Source: Paragordius varius | Taxonomy: Eukaryota; Animalia; Nematomorpha | Direction: 5' to 3' | Assembly (NCBI GenBank): GCA_964247055.1 | Contig: OZ176056.1 | Span: forward strand, 1,984,001 to 2,048,000 | DNA length: 64,000 nucleotides | The notes under the pieces: model-generated | Database searches by the model: none | The model's input: the letters and a program-made list of their open reading frames with translations, nothing else | Told to the model about the DNA's origin: nothing | Part shown: positions 13,341 through 25,941 of the stretch, piece after piece | Numbering within the stretch: position 1 is the first letter of the stretch | Layout of the letters: every line of letters begins with the position of its first letter | Position numbers and translations under genes: made by a program

Positions 13341-16300
13341 CTATAACAACTCTAAATTTGGTACCGCCCACTTCCTCCTTAACATAGCTATTAAAGGATT
13401 GATTATTGAGATTGAACAATAAACTTCCATCACTTAATCTAAAATAATTTAAGTAATAAAAATAAATTTATAAAAAGACATTAAATATTTTTATAAACAC
13501 CATATTTTTTAATCCTTGATTATATAACTAAAATTATGGTTTGTGAAATAAGTAAATTCTCAAATTCCTTAAATTATCTATAAACTATTCAAAAGTGTTA
13601 TCATTTATACGCTTAAAAAAATATTATTTTTTACGATAAAAAATACTAAATTTTAAACAACAATGTAAATATTATAAAAATTTTACCTAAGGGCATCAAT
13701 TTCGATAAAACTGCCATTCATAAGCAAAAAATAACTGTTTGGTCCAGTTTTAGTTACCTAAAGGAATATATTTAAGGGTAAAATTAAAATATTTTTCCAA
13801 AAATAAAATATTAAAATTAATTTATTTTTAACCAAAAATCATAAATAATAAAATTTTTTATTTGAGAAATTAATTTAATACACATTTAGGTTCGCGGGAA
13901 AATTTCTAACAGCTCGCCTAAAAGATAAAATTTTAAATATGCTAAACAACTTTTTACACATACGTGTTCACTTAATTTTATGAATTCGCCTATCAATCGA
14001 CTTAAAGTGTTTAAATTAAATCTAATAATATTTAAATCTCTTTTAAAATTAACGGTTCCAATCAAAATGTTGGTTCAAAGATTAAAAATTAATTTAAATT
14101 GCTTCTATGAGCGAAATATTATGTATAGCCGAATAAAAATTACTCACTAAGATAAATCTTATTTAAAGGATATATCCTTATGTACAGTATGCATTTTAAT
14201 GGTTGCTTAACAGTATAAAAACGAGGCATTTGTAACACAGGAGTGTACAAAAAAAACAACAAAATATATTAAATTAACATTTTTTTCCTTTCTTTACCCT
14301 TACACAACTAACTGTGTCGCAAATTTCCCAACTCAATAGTGTGAATTAAGCAACCATTAATATGCTATATTGATATTTATTTAAAAAAAATTAATACGTC
14401 TTACCAATTAATAAATATGTCTTAAAGATCTAAATATTAATGCCCTTATTTCAAAAGCGACCCGCGGAGCCATTTTTGGCCTCTATTTTAACATTAAAAA
14501 TACCAAACAATTTTCATAATACTATAAAAAATCATTGCTAAAAAAATTAATTGACCAACTAACCTGCACACATATTTAACGTCTTTGTGTATTAAATCAA
14601 CCAAAAGAATGTCAATTAATACGCGCGGTTAAAAAGTTTTGTTTGTTAATACTTAAAAAACATCTAAAACTTATTACATTTTTATTCCAAAAACCAACTA
14701 ATTAATTAACTAACTAAACAAACTGACCTGAACACTATATTTAATGCCTTCACGTATTAAATCAACCGAAAGGGTGTGAATTAACGTGGTCGCAGGTAGG
14801 CATTGTCCACGGGCCAATGCATTTCGAAATCGATCAACGCTTGAACAAATTTTTTGATCAGCTATATGTATACTGGCACATATAACTCCAATCAAGGTAT
14901 CCGGTTTTTCAGACTAATTTAAAAGGTAAATTTTATAATTTTTATTTTTACGTTTAACAAAAATTACTTGTTCGAAATATCATAATAAATTTATATAATT
15001 TTTGCTGAATTATTGCATTTATAATATATAATAATGGGTAATTCTCTCATTTTGCTAATTATTAGGATAAATTGTATGAAAAAAATGTAAAAATATTTAT
15101 AATAAATTCCATAATATTAAAATGTTCTAATAGATTTCACTTTTTGAAAAGTAAAAAAATAATTAATTTAAAATTTTATCCAAATTATAACCTGAAAACT
15201 TTAAATATAGAAATTAATCATATGATTAGTTATGTGTATAACTCCAATCAAAGTATCAAAATTTTCGGACTAATGTTATATTATTGTTTGAAAGTTAAAA
15301 AATATATGTAAAATTTTAAATAAAATCATAATATATGTAAGATTTTCATAAAAATATTTAATTTTTTTAAAAATTATTTATTTTCTATAATTAGGGTAAA
15401 AGTTTTTTTTAAACCGTATATATGTGTAAATTTGTTTAATCATTTAAACATAGATCTAATCAAAACCGTTTAAACTATAAAAACGATATAAGATTTTGAA
15501 AAAAACCAAATCTTTAACTTTTTAATGTTATTATGGCCTTATTTATAATTATATGACGTTAAATCATTTTTAAAAGATCAAATAACCAAGAAGAATTTTA
15601 ATCCGTTACATCTAAAATTGGATTTTTGAGAATCAGTAAAAGTAAAAATATAAAACTTTATACACCTATAATAAATGGCCTCAAATATATAAATTTAAAT
15701 ATAATTTAGAAAATATTTAATACTTTAAATTTTTAAAATTGAATAGCAAATAAGCAAACAAAAAATTATAATTGTGTGACATAAAATCATTGCTATCCCT
15801 TTTCCATGCTTTGAAGGCGTCGTTTTTTTCTTTCGTAATCTCTTTTAATTCCTTTTTCCACCACCAATTTTTCTTTTTTTTATTGTATGGTTTGCATCTC
15901 CCACAAATATTATCTGCAGTTTTAACTATTGTTTTTAGGTCTCCCATCCTGAACCAATGGATTCACTGTTTTGTTAGAGCGCTTCGGATGCCTGGTTGAT
16001 GTATTTGTTCCTGATTGTTTGATTTTGTAGTTTATTGTGGTTGATTTTGGCTGGTCTTTGGAAAGGAATTAAAAGAGGTTACTAAAGAAAAAAACGACGC
16101 CTTCAAAGCATGGAAAAGGGATAGCAATGATAACAGACAAACATATCTGATCCCAACACACAAAGCGCAGAAAGAAATTAGAAAAACTTTAAATAAAAAT
16201 TGCTTAAAACTGGCCACTAAACTAGAGGACCAGGTTAAAAATAAAAAAATCTTTAAATACATAAAGAATATAAACTCAAACAAACAAGATATTATTAAAT

Positions 16301-19300
16301 CCAAATGCATAAAAAACAATATGAAGGAAATAATCTCTAACCCAGAAAGTGTAATTAAGATCAATTTAAAAATCCCTCTAACACTAAAACCAGCCACGAG
16401 CGGACCCATCCACGAAATCACAGAAAACGAAGTATTAAAAGCAATACAAAAAATGAAGCCAAACAAGTCGTCAGGTGCCAGCGAACTATCAATCGATCTG
16501 CTTAAACCAATACCATGCTTAACATCCTACCTTACAACTTTTTTTAATGAAATTCTTACCAAACGTGAAATTCCCCATGACTGGAATAAAGGTATAACGA
16601 TCCCTATATATAAAAATAAGGGAAATCGTCTCGTCTGCTCCTCATACCGCCCCTTAAAACTTTTAGAACACACTTTCAAAATATTTGAAAGCATCATTGA
16701 CAACCGCCTTAGACATACCATTACAATAACAAATAATCAGTTTGCATTTCGTAAAGAACACAGCACTACAGATGCTATCTTCATAATCAGGCAACTACAG
16801 GAAAAATACCTTTCAAAAAATCAAAAACTTTTCCACATATTTCTAGACCTGGAGAAAGCTTTTGATAATATCCCTAGGGCAACAATCAAATGGGCCCTAA
16901 GTCAAAATTACATCGAAGAATATTTAATAGAAATAATATTACTTCTTTATGAAAATACAACCACAATGGTACGCACGCAAATAGGAGACACGGAACCTTT
17001 CAAGACAAACACTGGCCTACACCAAGGGTCTGTACTTAGTCCATTACTATTCATTATAATATTAGACTGTATCACAAAAAACATATCTACCCAACCGCCC
17101 TGGGAGTTAATCTTCGCGGATGACATTGTTCTAACAGATATTTCAATTGAAAATATGTCAAACAAATTCAGAACATGGAAAATCTGTCTAGAGAATAAAA
17201 ATAAATATTAATAAAACAAAAATAATGATATCAGGAGATCGTACGCACCGCCCCAAATATCCATGCGCTATCTGCGCCAAAGAAGTCAAAACAAATTCAA
17301 TAAAATGCAACAAATGCAAATTCTGGGTTCACAAAAAATGCTCCAAAATCACCGGCAAACTCAACGAACAAATAAACTTTAAATGTAACAACTGTAAAAA
17401 CAATAATACAACTCAAACACGCTCGACATATATGACAATCGACGAAAACTCAATAGAAAAAGTAGACCAGTTTACATACCTAGGAGACGTCATCGACTCT
17501 AAAGGCCATATAACTGGAGCAATAAGGAAACGAATCCAACAAGCATGGGGTAAAATTAACTCTCTCTAAAATTTGTCCTTAAAAATGAAAATGTATCTAA
17601 CAATAATAAATGGCTAATATACAAAGCAGGAGTCAGGCCAGCTCTTACTTACGCCACCGAAACATGGCCCCTAAATAAATCAAATCTTGACAAAATGATA
17701 AATACGGAAAACAAAATAATTAAAGCTTGCTGTTCTGACTACAATATTCATCTTAAACACAAAAATGACACAGTAGAAAAGTTTAAACAAAGAAGCATGC
17801 TTAAATACTTGGGTCACATTAAAAGAAGACAAACCGACCACCCACTCCAAACCATTAAACACATACAACCCTTTGGAAACAACCGCAAAGGGCGCCCAAC
17901 ACATTCCTGGAGCGACAACATTAAAAATGACATAAAAATACTAAACCTCGACATTACCAAATGTCTAGATAAGGACCTTTGGAATAAGACCGTTCACGAA
18001 AACCTTCAAACATGAAGTCAAAAAGCCATCAAGTAAGTGTGACATAAAATAAAATACTTGAAATTTTTCAGCAATGAGTTTATCCAACCATTCCGTGTCA
18101 AAATTATTTTTTTGGAAGCTTTCCGTTTCCAACAAAGTTATAAGGTATTCAACAGTAGTTCTAAAATCACCCTTAATCGATAATTCTTTAAGGCCAACAA
18201 CCAAATTCCTAAATAAATTACAAGTTAAGTGAAAAATAGGTAAATTATTTAAAATTAAATTGGAAATGTGAAACCATTTAATATTAAAATTAAATTTTTT
18301 TTAAAAATAATTTTCGTAAATAGAAATAGTATAAGGTTAAAAGAATATATATGGTATAAACCAGTGGCAAAGAATTGGGAAATCAATAATTTCCAAAAAT
18401 ATGCTCGCAAAAATCTTCGTAAAATTAATTTTCTTACACAATTTCTCTAAGTGACACTCTACTTATTAGCAAGAAAAAATAAAAAAATGATATATTGTGT
18501 TTACATTTTACAGTCCTGAGTATAAATTCGATAGATTACTTATGAATATGCCCATATATATATTTATATATATATTTGATGCGACCACAAAATTTTTTTT
18601 GAGTTAAAAATGCGTGCGAAGCCATTTATGATGGACACGCCGCTATAAACCACGTTGTAAAAAATTAAAAAAAATTGAATAAATATATATTATTATTCGT
18701 CGATTCAATTGGTTATAATAAACCAACAAATATATACCATTTGCAATTCAAAACACCCTCGAAAATTTACAACCCCGAACAATTCAAATTCAACCTAAAA
18801 CTATGTGTTTTCGGGTTAAATATATCTCATCATTAATAGGAAATATATCTTAATGGCATAGTTTATTATTTATTCATTATTATTTAAATTTTATACGAAA
18901 TTTCAATACAAAAATATTAGTAATTTTAATCTGAATAAACACTTAATTAATTTCAGGGTGAATTTGAATTGTTAAAGGTTTGAACTATAAATGTATTCAT
19001 CATCTATAAAAAACCCAAAATGCTAAATTTTAAATTTATTATTATTTTTAATAAATTTTGCTATTTTGAATATAAATTACTATATATATATATATATATA
19101 TACATTATTAGGTTAAATATCTTTTATTTTTTCAAAAAAACTCCAAAATTTTCATAAATTATAACTCTTGAACATTTTTTTTTCAAAAGTTTCTAAAGTT
19201 AAAATGGATTTAAAAGATAGAAGTTTCAAAAAATAGATTTAAAAGCTACTGTCTAGCTTCATCACGGTTTTCACCCCACGAAAAGCAATGTCCAAACTGC

Positions 19301-21027
19301 GAATCAGCAAATTCATGCAAACCGCCCGAAGCCCCAACACTAAAATATCCCCAAATATTTTTGTTACTCCGGAAATTTAGTTCCTAAAAAACGAAAATAA
19401 AGTAAAGTATGTATGTTAAAATAAATAATAATTGATTATTGTTTACGCTGAAGTGTGATTGTATTATTATAATGCAATTATGATTCAGCTAAAATTATAT
19501 GAATTTATTATGAATTTTCGATTACTACAAGTTTAGTTTATATTTTAATTATGTTTTACGTTTGACAAATTACTTGCAGTAATCGAAAATTCAATAAATT
19601 CATATAATTTAAGGTGAAATATTATTGCAATATATTAAATAAATAATTGATTATATCAAGTTTAAAATGAATAATTAAAAGATAACTCTGTATTAAACTA
19701 ATCGCTTTTCAACCTCAAAAATCACAATATTACAAATCAATCATAAAAACCTTAAAATCATCAAATATTTAACAAAAAATTTTCAAAAAAGTCACTTGAA
19801 TTTGCCCCGACGTTGGTTTAAATCCTTCGTCAGGATTTTCACTCGTTATCCTACAAGCTATGACATGTCCCCGGGGTCGCGGTTTATATTGAGAATCTAC
19901 GCTGGCTGCTGACAAGATTGAATATCCATCAGTAACGGAATTATTTAAGCGTTGATTTCGAAACAAAATATTTTCTAGCGCATTTTCGTTTTCATTAATA
20001 AAATTTTCAGATATTTCAGTTTTTTGGCTTGAAATTTGCATTTCATCATTTTGGTTTGTAAAGGGAGTTTCCGTAACAGTTTGTTTTATTATGGCATTTG
20101 TATTATTAGTTATGGGTACTAAAAACACCATAAAAGATTAATAATAAAATAGCATTTAAGAATGAATCTAAGCAAATTTTTTGTTATAGCAAATTATATG
20201 TATTTCCTAAATTTTTTGAATATATTACACATGGTTTCAAGCGTTCAAAATCTATATCATTAAATAAAAACTAATTTACAATTCAAAATAAGATGGATAT
20301 ATCTAAAAAAGTATTTTTTCTCTAGATTTTGATTGGTTATAAAAATAATTTATATTATAAAAAATTATTATAAAATTATTTTATAACTATATAAAAACCG
20401 GCAAAAATTTCTATATCATTTTTCCAAATAATTATTGGAAATAAATTTATTACTGGTCAAAAATAAAAAATTATCATAAAAATATATACTTTGAAGAGGT
20501 GTTTCCACCATAAACCAAGGAGATAAACCCATATAAACTCGAATATCTTTTATACGGTAAAGTGGTAAGCCCATAGCAATCTAAAAAAATAAAATTTAAA
20601 CAAATTAAGAGTAATATTTTGCTTGTTAAAGGACAAAATTATGGCATATGTATTTTATTTTGTTGTTATGTTGTAATATATCGACTTTACAATTAAAATA
20701 TTAATTTTAGCAAAAGTTATAATCACAATTATAATATATATATATAGTATTTTTTATAAATTATCAAACTAATTTATATTTTATGTATTGAACACTACCC
20801 GCTCAATAGATTTCTTTTATGATTATTACATTGACATAATATTGTACTGTAAAATTTATTAAGCGTATTACAAAGTTTTTGACCCAGTAGGATAATTCGC
20901 AATTAAGAGAAGTATTTTTTGTGATAAAGCGAAACTTTTGGCTTTAATTTAAATTTGCCCCTTATCACATAACTTACATTAATAAAAAGTTCAATTTTCA
21001 AAAAAATCAAAAACTTATTTTTCCAAA

Positions 21028-21069
<42 letters not shown>

Positions 21070-24000
21070 AATTAAGTTGACAAGCTTCATTAAACTTATA
21101 TTTGAAAAATTTTGCGTCAATAATCCATGTCATAAAAAACTTCAAAAATATATTAACTAATTTAAATTCCAAATCTAAAAGACTTTAAATAATCTTTATA
21201 ACTCTTTGAGTTGTTGAGAAATTAGATTTTCCGAGTTTTTAGATAATCTGAGATTACTCAGATATATGACATACAAACAAAACATATACCTGTAATTGAC
21301 AAGCCGGTAAATTAATGTCGCAAATCATTTCTGTACATGGGTGTTCAACTTGAAGTCTGGGATTTAGTTCCAAAAAGCAAAAAGTGCCCTTCGCCGTATC
21401 ATACAAGTATTCAACAGTTCCTGCACTAACGTAGCCAACCATACGGGCTAATCTTACAGCGGCCTACATACATATAAAAAGAGTTTTTTTCTATTCACAT
21501 CTCATTAAATTTGTCAATTAAATTGTGGACAAATTTTGTTTTATCTTATATGCTACAGCAACAATTATGTGAATTGGACAACACAAATGTTACTCTATAT
21601 ATACATGGTTGGTTCAAATATTTGGGTATAATAAAAGAGTATTTAAGGTTTTTTTAATTTTCCTAAAATAAATGTAGCTACTGAGTCTAAAACAGCTTAA
21701 AATCCAAATTGTTGGATAATAAAGTTTGCATTATTCTGATAAAAACGAACGATTCTGTAAATTTGGCTGTGAAGATAAACACATACATTGATAAGGCAAG
21801 TTTTTAATGTTATAAGCTATATCAACTTAAATCTTGATAATTATAAAAAGCACCAAAAAGTATTACCTTTTCGCTAGCTCACAAGAAACTTACACTTTTT
21901 GGTGTTTTTAAAAATAATATCATATTGACCAAATATTAGAACATATCTATCATTTAATTTTCAAATTTTAACAAAATTCAATTACCTAGTACCTTTTAAT
22001 AGTCCCCAAAACCAAAAAACTCTAAAACTTTAAAATCAAACCTTTTCCATTTCTTCAATGACGTGGGCGGTTGCTATGGTAACGGGTGCTTCCTCAATAA
22101 TCTTTTGATGACGTCTTTGAATGGAACAATCTCGACCAAAGAGAGAAATAGCTGTTCCATAACTATCAGCCAGTAGTTGAACTTCCAAATGCCGACAATG
22201 GCTAGCCAGGGCCATCAAGAAAATGGGGGATCCTGGGACTTCAGTTTGAACCTTTTAGTACATAGCATTATAAAATTTTGTTTAGTAAGGATTAAAAAAA
22301 TTAAAAAACTGATAAAACAGGCTACCATATTTTGCCATAATTTTTTTAAAAAACTTATCATTTTGTGTTATATAACAAGCGATAGAAACGTAAAGTGATA
22401 TCACATTTAATCATACAAAATCACAATTATTTAGATTATGTAGTAGGAAATATCAAAATGTTTAAAAATTATTAGTCATTATATTTTTAGCCATATTTCA
22501 GATAATAAATTCCTGAAAAGATCTGTAAAAATTATTAGCCATTCACTTTTTTTAACCTTTTTTGGAGATACGACTTTTGTAAAACCTATTTATATTTACA
22601 ATTTAAATTTTAAAAAGTATTTTTTGCCGAAAATAAAACCCAAAAATTGATACCTGTTTAAAAGCTATTGGAAAATCTTCAGGTTTTAATACTTTACGTA
22701 TTCCTTTCCCTCCACCACCTTCGGAAGCTTTTATCATAATAGGGTATCCAATTTTTTTGCTCATCTGAAAAAAATTTTTTTTGTTCAAAATATAAAAAAT
22801 TAAATATAAATTCCATAATTTGATTTAAACTTTTACTATTTTTTTTATGATTATTATATAATATATGTAATTTTGAGTTGCGAAGTAAAAGATAATTGGT
22901 AATTATATAATTTAAAATTTCTCTCAATTATGCAGGTTATAAAGCTAAAATCAAAATATGAATATAGTTTTATACATGAAAAAATATTATTTTTCATTTG
23001 TTTATAAACATCATAACTCAAATATCAACTATATATATTATTTGACTAAATTTTGACAAAACCTTCAAAAAATTATTATTTTATAAAATTATGAAATTTA
23101 ATTAAAACACCCTTAAAACACAAAAAAACTCGAAAAAAAATCTATATAAACTTGTAATCCTTGTTCACAGTTTGAGATACAAGCCGATTCATATATTTCA
23201 GTTGGGATCAAGTTATTTAAATTATCTAAATCATAATAAGTTGCGGCGTTTTGCGATGCTGAAGTAGAAACACTATTTCCTACATTGGTTATTTGTTTGG
23301 TTGTTGAAACACTAATACTTTTAGTCATGAGGGATTGATTAGCAAAATGTTCGGCATTTATACTTTGTTGTAGGGAGCGACTTTTGACCTCTAAATTTTC
23401 AATCTCTATGCCTGCATTTAAGTTTCGATAATAAAATTAGTTCAATAAAAAAACGGACAAAATGTACAAAAAAATAAAATTCTTTTTAAAAGGTCCGTTA
23501 TATTGTTACTTTCCACATAAACTGAATTAAAATTTAAAATTATGTAATTGAGTTAAATAACAATAAACTTTGCGACCTGCGACCCAAAACAATAAATTAT
23601 ATTTAAAAATCATGGTTCAAAAAATATTGTCTTTTAAAATAAGATTTGATGCTTTTTAATTTTAACATTTTGTCTATATAATTTCAATTTTTATTGTAAA
23701 TTAATTAAAAAACGAAATTTCTTATAGGTTTTGGTTAGTGCTAAATGTTGCATAAATATTTTAGTAAATATTAATTATTTTTTAAAAAATGTTTTTGAGA
23801 ATCCCGCTATTAAAAATGAAGAGTGTTAATATATAAATAATTATTAAAGTTTGCAACATTAAAATTATAAAAGATCACCATAATTATATTTCAATATTTA
23901 TTATAATTCAACCATATATTGTACATTGTTCTATGCTTTAAAATTTTTACAAGCAAAATATTTTAAATATATTTAATGCAAAGCGAATTTTGAAAAAAAT

Positions 24001-25941
24001 TTACCTTTTATTTTTATCGGTTTAAATGAAAACTTACCCATAAAACAAAAAAAATATTCGTTTGAAAACACCCCCGTAAAAATTTAAAACTCATTCCCTT
24101 ATATAAATTTCTTAGCCTAAATATCCACTTTTAGTAATTTAAATGCTATTCATATAGACTATGAAAAACCAATAAGCCCAAATAATTAATTTTCAGACCA
24201 AGGTTTAACCATGGGGACAAATTATATTTTTTAATGCAAAAATATTAAAAGAACTTTAATACCCGTTAAAACAGTCTTGCTACCTTCAAACCTTAATATT
24301 ATCTACAACAGTGTTACAAACATTGTTTATTCATTTATTTCAAAATATTAATCTCTTAAAATCTTTAAAATACTAAAAACCTCGCAAAACTCAAAGTAAA
24401 AAGCATGCATTGCAAATACTAATGGGTAAAAATCACTCTCTTATATATGATTAATATCTTAGCCAAAATATTTATAGTTTATCACAAAAACTCAAAAAGC
24501 CCTTTTAAAAATTAAAGAAAACCCACCAAATAGCCATGAAACCTTTAATGACCTATAAAATCACCTCAAAAAACACTGACACCCTCTAAAAACTCCGCAA
24601 ACCCCCTTAAAAATATAAACTAAATCCAATCCAAGGCAGAGTAGAACAAGGGTGGTTGTCAAAACCGTAAAAGGCATTTTATCACCAAGGGCCATAGCAA
24701 ATTCCGAAGGTTAAAAATTATATCCTTATATAAAATCTCCTAGGCGATATAACTAGAATTTAAATAACTACTACAACAATAAAAAATCTTAAATAAACTT
24801 CTCAAAATCCTATAAAAACTTGTTATAAAACAACAAAAATAATAAAAAATTCCTTAAAATCCTAACAAAAACCACAAAACCTCAACCTCAAATCTTAAAA
24901 GATTAACCTGATCCACTCCAAGCCAGGGTGGGAACATGAGCGCTTTGTGCAATCAGAGTAGAAGCTATTTTATCGCCCAGGGCATGCATAGCAAATGCCG
25001 ATGGGCCCAAGAAAGCTAGGCAGCGGTCCGCTAAAGCGAAGGGCAGAGCTGGATTCTCACTGGCATGACCCCAACCGGCCCAAACTGCATCCGCCCCCGT
25101 CCGCACACAAATCTCTACAATGAGTTCAACATTGGCGTAATTGTGATTGTTGGAACCGCCTGGAACCGGGACATATTGATCCGCCATTTTTATGTACTCT
25201 ATTAATTTTAAAGGAAATGAATATATATGGATGAAAGGAAATATATATTTTAATATTTAAAAACTTAGGATATATATACTCTATAATCATATATATATAT
25301 AATTATATAATAGGATAACCTTCCCCATAAAAACCCCGGAAGTGGGAAAAATAGATAATTTATTTACGCATCAATCATGCTTTTTTAAAGAATATATTAA
25401 AGTTAAATTGTGGAATTTACAATTTAATCTTTTGTTATGATATAAAAAAATTATTAATTTATATAAAATTTAAAATAATATAAATTAAATGGTGAATCAG
25501 ATGGTTTTATAATATCCACAAACCATTTCGCTAAGGTTTATTATAAAAATCGAAAAAGTTCAAGATCAGATAATTTTTTAGAAAATCTATTATATAAGAG
25601 GTGAAATTACAATTGCTTTTGCTTATAATTATTGATGTATATTTTACCAGCATTAGCTTTTAAATCTTCGGGAGTCACCATGACAACAAATTTTATCGCT
25701 CGTTCGTTTCGAAACATTTCGTATGCCCATCTTCGAATAGATCGCATACATTTAACCGCAGCTATACCATTGTTGGCAATAAGGATCTAAATTTAAACGT
25801 TATAAAAATTACCTTTTGAATTAGAGTGGTTCCTCCAAATTTTATAACAAATTCTTCGGGATTGGATAGCGTAAGCGAGCCATGTTTTGAAGTACTTATA
25901 TTATTAATCGATGTATCCAAAACACTTATATCGGATGACAT
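13341..25941 (-). CDS. ACC: Acetyl-CoA carboxylase, N-terminal 782 codons (biotin carboxylase plus following region); biotinyl and carboxyltransferase domains absent from the window
   Basis: 14 phase-consistent GT-AG exons: 25941-25813, 25786-25648, 25198-24908, 23390-23152, 22764-22654, 22251-22042, 21463-21290, 20580-20490, 20118-19796, 19383-19250, 18208-18058, 14913-14728, 13757-13687, 13438-13341 (2347 nt). Motifs [86 protein letters not shown]. An in-frame stop lies upstream of the ATG at 25941. Confidence 0.95.
14183..14372. mobile_element. Empty copy of the MITE family that hosts Penelope
   Basis: tacagtatgcattttaatggttgctta...gtaacacagg / ctgtgtcgcaaat...taagcaaccattaatatgc. Confidence 0.65.
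15788..18036 (+). mobile_element. 5'-truncated, 5'-inverted RTE-clade LINE in an ACC intron, frameshifted
   Basis: Forward part ~16,060-18,036, inverted part 15,788-~16,058. TSD gtgtgacataaaat at 15,774-15,787 and 18,037-18,050. RT motifs in ORFs 16321-17211, 17225-17569 and 17695-18015, with frameshifts near 17,200 and 17,565. Confidence 0.92.
16321..18015 (+). pseudogene. RTE reverse transcriptase (disrupted) with an internal PHD-type C4HC3 finger
   Basis: [47 protein letters not shown]. Finger CAIC...CNKC...HKKC...CNNC at 17,264-17,395. Confidence 0.9.
21033..21066. repeat. (TA)n microsatellite
   Basis: Perfect TA run; similar runs at ~13,095-13,122 and ~19,080-19,102. Confidence 0.9.

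Noticed and set aside
15717-16721. Track ORFs 15772-15999 (+), 16032-16466 (-) and 16527-16721 (-) as separate genes
   Set aside because: They are antisense shadows of the RTE coding sequence and its inverted piece.
19325-19336. 12-bp match ccgaagccccaa between ACC exon 10 and the satellite (similar short matches at ~32,170 and ~46,600)
   Set aside because: Too short, with no flanking similarity; consistent with chance.
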